The position numbers and the translations under genes were made by a program. A DNA stretch of 63,737 nucleotides, counting the filler, from Octopus bimaculoides (Eukaryota): assembly GCF_001194135.2 (NCBI RefSeq). It is 9 parts of 8 records of this genome, joined end to end, with 100 filler letters (N's around TTAATTAATTAA, not from the genome) between each part and the next. Parts side by side here need not be neighbours in the genome. Positions count along the whole stretch, not along the records: positions 22,204 to 34,035 come from NC_069003.1; positions 34,136 to 49,237 come from NC_068986.1; 7 more parts are not named here. One strand, written 5' to 3'. Shown here one piece after another: positions 25,740 through 38,634 of the stretch; the first letter of the stretch is position 1; the number at the start of each line of letters is the position of its first letter. The notes below the pieces were generated by a model, which ran no database searches, was not told where the DNA came from, and was given only the letters and a program-made list of their open reading frames with translations.

Positions 25740-25930
25740 CCCAGACGCATGTTGTTGAGTGGTTGGCTTCAGGAAGAGCATCCAGCCATAGAAACCCTGC
25801 CACAGCACACATTGGAACTTGATGCTGCACTCCTCCGACTCTATTCATCATTCCAACCATTCAACCCATGCCAGCAAGGAACATGGACATTAAACAATAA
25901 TGATGTTGCTGTTGATGATGATAATGATGA
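25740..25930 (+). mobile_element. Short repeat family D with (GAT)n tail (RTE-type 3' end); other copies 26590-26860 (minus) and 56447-56635 (plus)
   Basis: Shared GAGTGGTTGGC.T.AGGAAG.GCATCCAGC..TAGAAAC.CTGCC ... CAACCCATGC.AGCA.GGA ... (GAT)n. Confidence 0.7.
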
Positions 25931-26199
25931 TAAAAGAAGTGAAACAGAACCAATGCATGTGCTTATTATTGGCATAATAACCCTCCTAAGATACAACAAA
26001 ATACGTTTCAAAACAAGTGTTCACATCAAGAATCTTGCAAACCAAATGCAAAAACGATGAATTCATTGACTTTGGTTGAGAGTGACTTTGAAGTTTTATC
26101 TTGCTTGCCCTCATCTGACTGCTTGATGAAGGTGAACAAACTGAAATTTTGAGGTCACTGTCAATCTTCTCCTTGTAAAACCTAATTTCTTGTACTTCT

Positions 26200-26360
26200 T
26201 TAACCTTTTGTTACCGTATTTCTGTTCAGATGCACTCGGTTTCTTTCAATTAATTTTAAATATAACAAAGCATTTAGAAGACTAACTTCGTTATCATTAA
26301 GCTGGTGTTAGGAACATAAATTGTGTCTAAGGTTTGGTGGAAGATTTTAATTCAGAACTT
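26200..26360 (+). mobile_element. Possible TTAA-specific MITE end fragment
   Basis: Starts TTAACCTTTTGTTACC, resembling a piggyBac-type terminus; no matching right end found. Confidence 0.3.
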
Positions 26361-27075
26361 TGGTTGGGGTTTTTTCCCTTCATCATAGATAATTTTATAA
26401 GTCTTGGATAGTGCTTAGATATAGGAGCCTGGTTTGGGTGGGGTGGGGTCTCTGGCTTATACTCATGGAAGACGTGAGTCCCCCACACCCCACTCCACAA
26501 CTGTCTACAAGAGTAGACAGTTCTGAAAAACAACAAAGTCAGTGAAAATGATGATAATAATATATCCTCCTCCTCCTCCCCATCATCATCGTCATCGTCA
26601 TCACCACCACCATTGTCGTCGACGTCATCATCATCATCACCATCTTATGTCTGCTAGCCAAACCAGCATGGGTTAGATGAGTCACCATGATCAATTTCAG
26701 TTGTATTTGGAGTTGCTGCTCCTCTGGGCTCTGTTAGGGACCATGTCTTGCTTTTACGTTCCATTTTTCTGGTGGCTTCTATGGCCGGATGCCCTTCCAA
26801 AGTACAACCACTTCACACAAGGTGCAGAGTGCACTTCATCACAGCTCCAGCGCCAGTGCAGTGGGGGATGTCCCCCAGCTATACTCACCAGTTCCTCTCT
26901 ACCACCATACCCAGTCTCCATTCATTCAATAGCCCTCATCCCCCCCCCACAGACACACAAGTGAGCGGACAAAAAAAAGAAGGGCACTCAACACATTTAT
27001 TGGGAGTTACATTTAGGGATCAAAACAGTTTGATTCAAATTCTGTACCACGGAATTTGAATCTTACTGCTTTGAT

Positions 27076-27139
<64 letters not shown>

Positions 27140-27588
27140 CTGTGTGTGTGTGTGTGCGTGTGCATTTGTGTATGTACCTATAAAAATACCTACCTACATA
27201 TACAAACATACATGTACGCACATATATGTATTATTTTATATACAGATATATGCATATATAGCATATACATGTGCATATATATATATATATATATATTTAT
27301 TTATTTATGCACACACACACACACACACCCATATATTTATTATGTAATGCTATATACGTGAGTCAAGGGCTTTTGCACGAAACTTCAGACAATTGAGTCA
27401 CTTACAAAGATTTCAAGCTAATAAATAAAACTAAATCTACTCTATTTCTTATGTGTGTGTGTGTAGATATATGTGTGTATATATATATATATATTTATAC
27501 ATATAATATATATACATATATAATATAAAAATATATAAAAAAGCAAATGTTTATATGTCTGTGTGTGCATGTGTGTGTGTCTGTGTGT

Positions 27589-27626
<38 letters not shown>

Positions 27627-28005
27627 GTATATCTTAGAGAAACTAGAAGGAAGTTGGACAGAGTTGATGGTTTCGCTGTGTAATGCCTAGATATATGTTG
27701 AGATAAATATAGAAGCAGGAATCTGAGAAAGACAGACTGTGAGAGAGAGAGAGTGGTAAACAGGGAGAAGAGAGAGAGAGAGAGGGAGAGACAGACAGAC
27801 TGGGAGGAGAGGAGCGAAGGGGAGAGAGGTAGTGGGAGACTGGAAAAAAAAACAAACTGAGAGAGAGAGAGAGATAGTAAAAGAGATAGGTGTATGTTTG
27901 TGTATGTGATTCCATGCGTATGCAAGAGTGTGTGTGTATTGTAAGCCAGTATGAGAGAGAGAGAGAGTGTGAAAAGAAAATGATTCATGAGAGAGAGGGA
28001 GAGAG

Positions 28006-28068
<63 letters not shown>

Positions 28069-28614
28069 TGAATGTGTCTGACAGTGCAAATCTAATTTAT
28101 GCATATGTTTATATATAGACAGATATGTATGTGTGTTGTGTCTATATTTGTGCTCACTTTTTGAGTGTCTGTGTATGTATANNNNNNNNNNNNNNNNNNN
28201 NNNNNNNNNNNNNNNNNNNNNNNNNNNNNNNNNNNNNNNNNNNNNNNNNNNNNNNNNNNNNNNNNNNNNNNNNNNNNNNNNNNNNNNNNNNNNNNNNNNN
28301 NNNNNNNNNNNNNNNNNNNNNNNNNNNNNNNNNNNNNNNNNNNNNNNNNNNNNNNNNNNNNNNNNNNNNNNNNNNNNNNNNNNNNNNNNNNNNNNNNNNN
28401 NNNNNNNNNNNNNNNNNNNNNNNNNNNNNNNNNNNNNNNNNNNNNNNNNNNNNNNNNNNNNNNNNNNNNNNNNNNNNNNNNNNNNNNNNNNNNNNNNNNN
28501 NNNNNNNNNNNNNNTATATATAGATAGATAGATGGATAGCTATGCATATATGCATACATGTGTGTGTATGTATGTGCATATATATATACACACATTTATA
28601 GAATATATATTCTT

Positions 28615-28666
<52 letters not shown>

Positions 28667-28840
28667 AATTATGTCCCTATAACCTAGCGGTTCAGCAAAA
28701 GAGACTGATACAAAAAGTACCAGACTTTAAAAAAGAATATAAGTATTGGGGTGCGGGGAGTGGGGTTAATTTGTTTGACTAAAATCTTCAAGGTGGTGCC
28801 CCAGTATGGCCACAATGCAATGATAGAAACAGGTAAAAGA

Positions 28841-28875
<35 letters not shown>

Positions 28876-29532
28876 ATTCATATACAAACACACAGATATG
28901 ATGAAACTACAGTAATTAAGTCTACCTCATCCACGCTGCCCCCACCCCACTGTCACTTCTCTGCCTCTCACACAGTTTGTGTATATCTTTACTTCTCTCT
29001 CTCTCTCTCTCTCTCCCCATCCATCATACTTTCTGTCTATCAACTATATCAGTGTGTGTGTGTGTGTGTGCTGTTTTTTTTTTTCTGTTTCTCCTCAGCG
29101 TCTCTCGACTCCCTTTCCCCCCTCTGTTGCACCATTTCATATCCTCCTGGCAGTCTGTCGAAGAAGAAGAAGAAGAAGAAGAAGAGAGAAGAAGGAAAAG
29201 AAAAAGAAGGTAGAATTGGATAAATGAAAGGAATTCGGTAAAGTAGTGGCTACAGAGGGAACAGGATATACCTTCAGCGAAACACACACACACACACACA
29301 CACACGGAGATCTGTGTAGACATATAAAGGCTGACTTGATATGAAGAGGTGCTATGTATTAGTGTGCATGTGTATGTGTGTAGAGAGGCATACAAGTAAA
29401 TGTTCATACATCTTTGAAAAGTGTATATATGTGTATATGTGCGTGTGTATATATGCATACATACATACATATATATATATATGCATACATGCATGCATAC
29501 ATATATATATATATATATACTTATATATATAT

Positions 29533-29579
<47 letters not shown>

Positions 29580-29606
29580 TATATATATATATATATNNNN
29601 NNNNNN

Positions 29607-29648
<42 letters not shown>

Positions 29649-31527
29649 CTATATATACATGCATATATGGGTACAGGACTTCACCAACAGTGCAAGTAAC
29701 ATGAAATACCTAAACAAACAAGTTAAATACGTAAACGACGAGAAAAATATGGAAAACAGGACAAGTAAACACAGATAAAGGACTCTTCATCAGTTGCCGG
29801 CTGTCTATCTACTCCTCATTTGGAGAATACAATATATATATATATATATATATGTGTGTTTGTATATATATATATATATAAACAAGAATATGTATATAGA
29901 TTAACTATGCCAGGTATTGAACACTAAGAATTCCTACAAAAATTATCCGATTGGTGCCAATCCAATATGTAAATTAACATAATATTATGTTACATATTCC
30001 AAAGATTATATTTAACTTGTTTCTCTTCAGCCCCAGCAGATATTCTATACTGAGACAATATATAAAGTGACTTTCATGGTAGCTTGACTCACTAGAAATA
30101 GCAACTTAAATCTACCTGAAATTACATCCTGACATACAGGGGAAAAGACGCAATGTACTGGATAATATAGAGCTATATCTCTCTAAAATGACAGGGTGGT
30201 CACAACTGGAATGGCTTTGGTTACAGGTTTGTTCAAACATTGCTGGTTTGGGGGTTAAACAACAACAAGAACTTATGAGCTAATGAGAGTACCTCTTTGT
30301 GATTGATGGTCATGTTAGGAACAGCCACCAAATGTCCTTCAAATCATGACTGTCTTAAAATGTGAAGGATACATTGGATTATGTAGTCCTAGATATACAA
30401 AGCCTGAATAGAAAACAAGGAACTGTTACAGATGGAACCTTTTTCCTGATAGGTCAGCTGGAGCAGCAACACTTGTAGGTGGGGTGGGGTGGGGGGAAGC
30501 AACAACAACAACAACAACAACAACAACAACTATGTCAGCTGCCCTGGAGTACTAGAGTCCTTGTAGGTGCTTCATACAGACAGTATTTTGCAAGGAAAGA
30601 GAGAGAGAGAGAAAGAGAGAGTGAGAGAAAGAGTCTTTTATTGTTGTTGTTTAGCCCTCGGCCATAACCTTTCTAAGTATTTCTTTTTCTGTAGATTTTG
30701 TACTTCCTCTTCCAATGTGTCCTTTTCTTTGTTAAGAGGGTAATTTAGCTGCTATTTTAAGCAGTTCTCCTGACCGCATAGAGACTCTGTTATTGGCTCC
30801 TGAAATTCTTTGTTAACGCTGTCTCCCTGCCTGTATCTTCCACTCCTTCCTTCCTCAAGCTGGCTCTACCCCCCCCCCNNNNNNNNNNNNNNNNNNNNNN
30901 NNNNNNNNNNNNNNNNNNNNNNNNNNNNNNNNNNNNNNNNNNNNNNNNNNNNNNNNNNNNNNNNNNNNNNNNNNNNNNNNNNNNNNNNNNNNNNNNNNNN
31001 NNNNNNNNNNNNNNNNNNNNNNNNNNNNNNNNNNNNNNNNNNNNNNNNNNNNNNNNNNNNNNNNNNNNNNNNNNNNNNNNNNNNNNNNNNNNNNNNNNNN
31101 NNNNNNNNNNNNNNNNNNNNNNNNNNNNNNNNNNNNNNNNNNNNNNNNNNNNNNNNNNNNNNNNNNNNNNNNNNNNNNNNNNNNNNNNNNNNNNNNNNNN
31201 NNNNNNNNNNNNNNNNNNNNNNNNNNNNNNNNNNNNNNNNNNNNNNNNNNNNNNNNNNNNNNNNNNNNNNNNNNNNNNNNNNNNNNNNNNNNNNNNNNNN
31301 NNNNNNNNNNNNNNNNNNNNNNNNNNNNNNNNNNNNNNNNNNNNNNNNNNNNNNNNNNNNNNNNNNNNNNNNNNNNNNNNNNNNNNNNNNNNNNNNNNNN
31401 NNNNNNNNNNNNNNNNNNNNNNNNNNNNNNNNNNNNNNNNNNNNNNNNNNNNNNNNNNNNNNNNNNNNNNNNNNNNNNNATGCTGGCCTTGTACCAAAAT
31501 TTGAAACCATTACCATCATCATCATTA

Positions 31528-31592
<65 letters not shown>

Positions 31593-31594
<2 letters not shown>

Positions 31595-31790
31595 GGCAGT
31601 GAGCTGGCAGAATCATAAGCATGTAGAGTGAAATACTTGGTGGTATTTTGTTTGCCACTACATTCTGAGTTCAAATTCGGTTGAAGTTAACTTTGCCTTT
31701 CATCCTTTCAGGGTTGATACCAGTGAAATACTGGGGATCAATGTGATTGACTAGTCCCTTCCCTCCAAAATTTCAGATGTATTTTGAAAA
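31593..31790 (+). mobile_element. SINE family A copy directly after an (ATT)n run
   Basis: TAAGGCAGTGAGCTGGCAGAATC head; CATTCTGAGTTCAAATTC B-box. Confidence 0.8.
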
Positions 31791-32286
31791 ACTAGACATG
31801 TGTTCAATGTGTGACTTGTCCAGTAATAGACCCAGAATGGGTACAATTCCAAGCAAGTTTACGATTGCAACTTTGGTTGCCTTCTGCAAAAACTGTCAAG
31901 GAATCTCATGGGTTTGAGTCGATTCACAATAGCACACACAAGAGGTCAGGAATTGATTGAACTAAAATCACCAGATTAAATATAAATAAACAATAAGGAA
32001 AACTCACTTGGGAAATTATTTGAAAGCGATTTAAATGAATTTTACTAGGCATGTATGTATGTATGTATGTATGTATGTATATAAATAATACAGAATGGGA
32101 CAAGTATGTATGTATATATGTATGTATGTATATATGTATATATATATATGTATATGTATATGTATATGTATGTACATAAATAAAGACACACATATTTGTG
32201 TATATAATGGTATTGAGTACCTTTTTTTGTTTTGCATTTTGCATTTTTGTGTGGTCTTACGACCCATCCCCCACCCATGTGTGCGT

Positions 32287-32317
<31 letters not shown>

Positions 32318-32882
32318 CATTATAATCTAGATTTGCATAAAATACACACTGACACACACCAAAGATACACATTCAAGCCTAACCTTACCACCACCACCAC
32401 CACCACCAGAAGAAGAAGAAGAAAAACAAGAAAGAGCAAGAGAAGGAGGTGGGGGGGGGACAGAGAAGAACTGTGATAACAGAAACGTCTACGATAAAAA
32501 GTGCCGGAGGAGTTGAGGGTAGGATGCTAAGAGGAGCAGGGGTTGGCACCGAAACAGATAAGTTTGGCATGGCTTGAATAGCTGCTGCACACATCCACAC
32601 ATGTGTGCATTGGGTGTGTGTGTGTGGGGGGGGGGGATTCTTGGTGCTCTTTACAAGATGCAGAAGTGGAAGGAGCCACCTTGCATGTATGCACAGACTG
32701 AGGCATAGATTAATGCACACAATGTGCGCATACACTCATATACACAGGCATTTGTTTCTCAGGGTTAAACAAGGAAGAAAGCACCAAAAATATACGCAAA
32801 TCATAGGTTTCATATATATGTGTGTGTGTGTGTATGAATGTATGTGTATCTGTATGTATATATATATTTATATATGTACATA

Positions 32883-32923
<41 letters not shown>

Positions 32924-32964
32924 GAATGTATGTGTATATGTATGTATATATACTTATATAAGTA

Positions 32965-33039
<75 letters not shown>

Positions 33040-33049
33040 GATGCTTGTG

Positions 33050-33611
33050 AATGGACACAAAGACTGGAAATCAATTTACAACCCCTTTCACACACCACAT
33101 ACATTGACTCACTTTGTCTGGGAGAAAGCACTTTGCAACCAGATGACCTTTCAAGGGACTTCAGATGGTTGACACACCTAACCTTGGAAAGGCATACATG
33201 GCCACACTTTCCACACCTCCAACACTTTATGTTGCCCTTCCAAAGCCAGGATTTCATGCTCAAGGCAACCCTCTTCAAAAGTTTTACAACCTTCCCTTAC
33301 ACAATTCCTCCACTCAGCTTTTTTCCAAAGCTCTTCCCAGTTCTTTTTATTGATTTGCAGTTCCTTCAGGCTGCCCTTTGTACTTGTTTTGTGGTTTGTG
33401 CTGAGGACGTCTTTCCAGTGCCCACCTCTCCATAGAAGAGCTGCTTTGGAAGCCTGTTACATTCTGTGTGCACAGAGTGGCTTTTGCCCAATGCACCTGA
33501 ATAGATACAATGAGTGTCTGGGTGCTTATGCGTCCAGCCTTTGCAAGGACTTCTGTGTGTCAAACACCTTTTATGAAAGCAATCGAGCAGCTTGAGAGGC
33601 TTGCAGTGCAC
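33050..33611 (-). mobile_element. Decayed RTE-clade LINE 3' fragment with C-terminal C2H2-like finger
   Basis: RLPKQLFYGEVGTGK (33366-33611) followed by CGKCGHVCLSKVRCVNHLKS (32868-33278 frame). Confidence 0.7.
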
Positions 33612-34135
33612 TACCTATGTTTCAGAAGAGTGAGCAAGAACCAGTGGTACACAAACCGTGTGTCTGTGTGTCTGTGTGTCTGCATGTTTGTAGTTGTCCC
33701 TCCGTCACTGCTTGACAACCGATGTTGGTGTGTTTACATCCCCGTAACTTAGCAGTTTGGCAAAAGGAACCAACCGAATAAGTGCTAGGCTTAAAAAATA
33801 AATCCTGGGGTCAATTTGTGCAGCTAAAATCCTTCAAGGTGGTGCTCCAGCATGGCCACAGTCAAATGACTGAAACAAATAAAAGAATAAAAGATTATGT
33901 GTATATACTGTATATATACATTTATATGTGTGTGTCCGTGTGTCCCCATCAACACACACAGATTGCATATGTAAGCCAGATACTCTTTGAACAGCTTTTC
34001 AAACAGTCACATCAAATCCCGATAAAAAACCCATTNNNNNNNNNNNNNNNNNNNNNNNNNNNNNNNNNNNNNNNNNNNNTTAATTAATTAANNNNNNNNN
34101 NNNNNNNNNNNNNNNNNNNNNNNNNNNNNNNNNNN

Positions 34136-34168
<33 letters not shown>

Positions 34169-34779
34169 TATATATATATAAATAAAAACACAAATACGCA
34201 CTACGGGCCATAGTGGACTACACTTGGTAAGAATGCCGCGCAGTAGGACTGAAACTGAGATCACGTGGTTGCAGAGCGAAGTTCTTAACCACACCGCCCA
34301 AGTGCTTACCTTATCAACAGACGAAAAAAAAAAAAAAGAAAAGATTGTGTGAACAGATCGGAAAGTGTGATCCTTTATACAGTGTTTGTGAGAAAGACAA
34401 AAGGATCGAAATCCGAATGTCTTTAATATCAGATCAGGATTGGCTTGCGGTTAAATTACAATAAGAAGCGCTTATCTTGTTCAACTTTTTGTTATTCCGA
34501 TTTCTGAGCAGGCCGTTAACGATCCGTTTGTTTACGGGTCGTATTGCCGAATCGACCCTTGATTAATCGTTTGAGCTCTAAAATCATTATTTATGAATCC
34601 TGCCTTTTGGGGTCTCTAACACCCTACTCCTTCTGTGACTGCCATCACAGTTTTAAGTTAGTGTTGATTTAATTGGAGGGCGTGGCATATTGATTTTTGG
34701 CTTTGCCGCACTCAAATTTCTATTTCTTTAACGACTGTGGTGAGAATGTTTTTGGAATTTAGCAAATGAACTTGTTTAC

Positions 34780-34985
34780 TCTTTTACTTGTTTCAGTCAT
34801 TTGACTGTGGCCATGCTGGAGCACCGCCTTTAGTCGAGCAAATCGACCCCAGGACTTATTCTGTGGATGCCTAGTACTTATTCTATCAGTCTCTTTAGCC
34901 GAACCGCTAAGTTACGGAGACGTAAACACACCACCATCGGTTGTCAAGCGATGTTGGGGGGACAAACACAGACACACAAACATAT

Positions 34986-35044
<59 letters not shown>

Positions 35045-35200
35045 TACGAAAGGCTTCTTTCAGTTTCCGTCTACCAAATCCACTCACAAGGCTTTGGTCA
35101 GCCCGAGGCTATAGTAGAAAACACTTTCCCAAGGTACCACGCAGTGGGACTGAACCCAGAACCATGTGGTTGGTCATCAAGCTACTTACCACACAGCCAC
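34780..35200 (-). mobile_element. Full-length SINE family B (tRNA head, conserved core, internal TA/CA microsatellite, 3' module)
   Basis: Minus strand GTGGCTGTGTGGTAAGTAGCTTG...GGGTTCAGTCCCACTGCGTGGTACCTTGGGAAAGTG. Further copies or halves at 28670-28840, 33620-33895, 36990-37200, 39590-39880, 41616-42006, 44850-45200, 45805-46200, 48698-48900, 56790-56945, 57255-57660 and 58020-58190. Confidence 0.9.
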
Positions 35201-35229
35201 TTTTTTAGGGGGGGGGAACCGTGATTTAC

Positions 35230-35898
35230 GTCATTTTATTTGGATCTTTACATCAGAGTTCAAATACTGCCGAGGTCAACTTTACCATTCGTCCTTTCAG
35301 TAATGATAAAATGAGTAACAGCGGAGCAGGGGGTCGATCTAACCAACTTAGACTCCTTCCCCCAAAACTCCTGACATTGTGCCTATAGTAGAAAGGATTA
35401 CTACTACCACTACTACTACTACTACTACCATTATTATTAAGACGGCGAGCTGGCATAATCGTTAGCACGCCGGGCGAAATGCTTAGCAGTATTTCGCCTG
35501 TCTTCATGTTCTGAGTCCAAATTCCGCCGATGTCGACTTTGCCTTTCATCCTTTCGGAGTCGATAAATTGAGTACCAGTTGAGTATTGGGGAGGTCGATG
35601 TAATCGACTATCCCCCTCCCCCAAATTTCAGTCCTTGTGCCGAGAGTAGAAAAGATTATTATTATTATTCTAAAGCTGGCAGAATCGTTAGCGCGCGCTG
35701 GACGAAATGTTTAGCGGTATTTTGTTCGTCGGTACGTTCTGAGTTCAAATTCCGCCGAGGTCGACTTTACCTTTCATCTTTTCGGGGGTCGATAAAATAA
35801 GTACCAGGTAAACACTGGAGTCGATGCAATCGACTCATCCCCTCCTCCAAAATTGCTGCCCTTGAAATTTGAAACCATTATTATTATTATTATTATTA
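35230..35898 (+). mobile_element. Three head-to-tail SINE family A copies (about 35230-35436, 35438-35670, 35672-35898)
   Basis: Each ends in a TAC/ATT triplet tail immediately followed by the next head. Confidence 0.8.
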
Positions 35899-36411
35899 AG
35901 CTGGCTGAGTGGTTAGCACGTTTTCCCAACACACAGTGTTTCAGTGCAATCTTTCTTTCCTCTAAAGGTTTCCCTGTCTAAAGCTCATTTGTTGCAAGTT
36001 ACGTTTACAACAGGTGGACATGATCTTCCCCTCAGATTTGCATTGTTACTTTCATTTGACAAGTTTTGTGTGTATGTGTGTCTGTGAGCGTGCACGCCCG
36101 CGCATATGATTTCACTAAACACCTCGCTTAAGAACACACAGTCAATAGCACTGTTCACCGCTGAAAGTCAATATATTGTGTCTCTGCAGTGTATGATTGT
36201 ATCACAAATTGTTTTGGTGAGCTTTTTTTGCGTTTAATACCATAGAAACACGCTCAATTACATGCATTTTAATTTGATGGGCGTTTCTCGTCGGCATGCT
36301 ATACGTGCGTGTTGACGAAATAGGTAAAAAGTAAAATAAAATTTATCTTCTCTGTATGGGTAAATTTCTAACTACCTTTTTGAAATTAACTGCAACAAAA
36401 TCATTCTTCAT

Positions 36412-36636
36412 TGTTGTTACCACAACGTTACGGCTGATGTACTCTCCAGTCTTCATCAGGTGTCCTGGTGGAATTTGAAACCCAACCCTTTATTTGATTA
36501 ATGGGGTACTCTGTTCCCATTCCTAAGATTTTTTTTTTTGCTAATGTTGTTATTATCTATTCAAGTCACTGACTGAGATTGAACTTGGAATCTTGAGGCT
36601 AGTAGCCCGCGCTCTTAACCACTACGCTATATGCCC
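36412..36636 (-). mobile_element. tRNA-headed SINE (family H) carrying a hammerhead ribozyme near its 3' end
   Basis: Minus-strand head GGGCATATAGCGTAGTGGTTAAGAGCGCGGGCTACTAGCCTCAAGATTCCAAGTTCAATCTC (A-box TAGCGTAGTGG; B-box-like AAGTTCAATCTC); hammerhead motif at 36421-36462. Confidence 0.75.
36421..36462 (-). ncRNA. Minimal type I hammerhead ribozyme motif (one core substitution)
   Basis: CAC-CUGAUGA-A-GACUG(loop)CAGCC-GUAAC-GUU/GUG. Stem I is CAC/GUG, stem II 4 of 5 bp, stem III AC/GU, predicted cut after U36424. GAAA is mutated to GUAA in this copy. Confidence 0.7.
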
Positions 36637-36660
36637 AGTCAGTGACCTGAATAAATAATC

Positions 36661-36872
36661 CCTTCTACTTAAAGCTCAAGGCCTCAAATTTTGGGGGAAG
36701 GTTTTAAATCATTTAGATCGACCCCAGTGCGTAACTGGTACTTATTTAATCGAGCCAAAGGCTGAAAGGCAAAGTCGACCTCTGCAGAATTTGAACTCAG
36801 AACGTAAAGACAGACGAAATATCGCTAAGCATTTTGTCCGGCGTGCTAACGTTTCTGCCAGCTCGCCGTCTT
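36661..36872 (-). mobile_element. SINE family A copy
   Basis: Alignable head, body and tail. Confidence 0.85.
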
Positions 36873-38592
36873 ATGACATTGATAATATTCAGCACAAGAC
36901 AAAGTATTCTCATTATAATCTACATAGTTACAGTCCAATGGCAGAAATCAGTGTAAGAATTACACACGAACACACTGTGTGTGTGTGATGAAGAAGAAAC
37001 TTGGTTTGCACCATCATGGTTCCGTGTTCAGTTCTTCTATTATAGACTCGGGCTGACGAATGTCTTGTGAGCCAATTTGGTTGGCGGAGACTGTGTGGAA
37101 GCCCGTCGTATATATATGCGTGTGTGTGTGTGTGTGTTTATGTATATCCTTCTCACGACCGCTTGAGAACCGGTGTTAATTTGTTTACGTCCCTGCAACT
37201 TTTTTCAGCCATTGGGTTCTGGCCACACTGGGGGTACCGTCTTGAAGTGTTTAGTCGAACAAATCGATACCCTCTCTCTCTCTCTAAGTCTTTTACTTAC
37301 TCTTTTGGTCACTTTCACCGAAACGCCAACTTGCAGAGACGCAAACAAACCAACAACGGTTCTGAAGCGCTGCTGGTGGGAGATATATATATACATACAT
37401 ATAATTCTTCGAAACGCTTAGTTTAGAATAGGGGCAGCTGATGAAGGAAATATTCTCTGTGGCCTGTTTGTTTTCTGTGCCCTGTTTATGTTGTTTTTCA
37501 TTTTGTCCACGTTTTCTTGTGACGTCCTGTACCCAGATATGCATCTATGTAGATGTAGGTATGTACATGCATGTACGTATATATGCATATACTCACATAT
37601 TATTTGTATTATATATATATATATATATATATATAAATTGTAAATGCAAAAAATAACAACAAAAACACAAAGGATTCTGCGGTACACGTGTTTCAAGCTT
37701 TATATCAGTGTATAANNNNNNNNNNNNNNNNNNNNNNNNNNNNNNNNNNNNNNNNNNNNNNNNNNNNNNNNNNNNNNNNNNNNNNNNNNNNNNNNNNNNN
37801 NNNNNNNNNNNNNNNNNNNNNNNNNNNNNNNNNNNNNNNNNNNNNNNNNNNNNNNNNNNNNNNNNNNNNNNNNNNNNNNNNNNNNNNNNNNNNNNNNNNN
37901 NNNNNNNNNNNNNNNNNNNNNNNNNNNNNNNNNNNNNNNNNNNNNNNNNNNNNNNNNNNNNNNNNNNNNNNNNNNNNNNNNNNNNNNNNNNNNNNNNNNN
38001 NNNNNNNNNNNNNNNNNNNNNNNNNNNNNNNNNNNNNNNNNNNNNNNNNNNNNNNNNNNNNNNNNNNNNNNNNNNNNNNNNNNNNNNNNNNNNNNNNNNN
38101 NNNNNNNNNNNNNNNNNNNNNNNNNNNNNNNNNNNNNNNNNNNNNNNNNNNNNNNNNNNNNNNNNNNNNNNNNNNNNNNNNNNNNNNNNNNNNNNNNNNN
38201 NNNNNNNNNNNNNNNNNNNNNNNNNNNNNNNNNNNNNNNNNNNNNNNNNNNNNNNNNNNNNNNNNNNNNNNNNNNNNNNNNNNNNNNNNNNNNNNNNNNN
38301 NNNNNNNNNNNNNNNNNNNNNNNNNNNNNNNNNNNNNNNNNNNNNNNNNNNNNNNNNNNNNNNNNNNNNNNNNNNNNNNNNNNNNNNNNNNNNNNNNNNN
38401 NNNNNNNNNNNNNNNNNNNNNNNNNNNNNNNNNNNNNNNNNNNNNNNNNNNNNNNNNNNNNNNNNNNNNNNNNNNNNNNNNNNNNNNNNNNNNNNNNNNN
38501 NNNNNNNNNNNNNNNNNNNNNNNNNNNNNNNNNNNNNNNNNNNNNNNNNNNNNNNNNNNNNNNNNNNNNNNNNNNNNNNNNNNNNNNNNNNN

Positions 38593-38634
<42 letters not shown>

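Noticed and set aside
37405-37460. GAAACGC...CTGATGAAGG (and CTGATGAAGAG on the minus strand near 29790) as hammerheads
   Set aside because: Stems II and III cannot be formed convincingly; these belong to a separate short repeat family.
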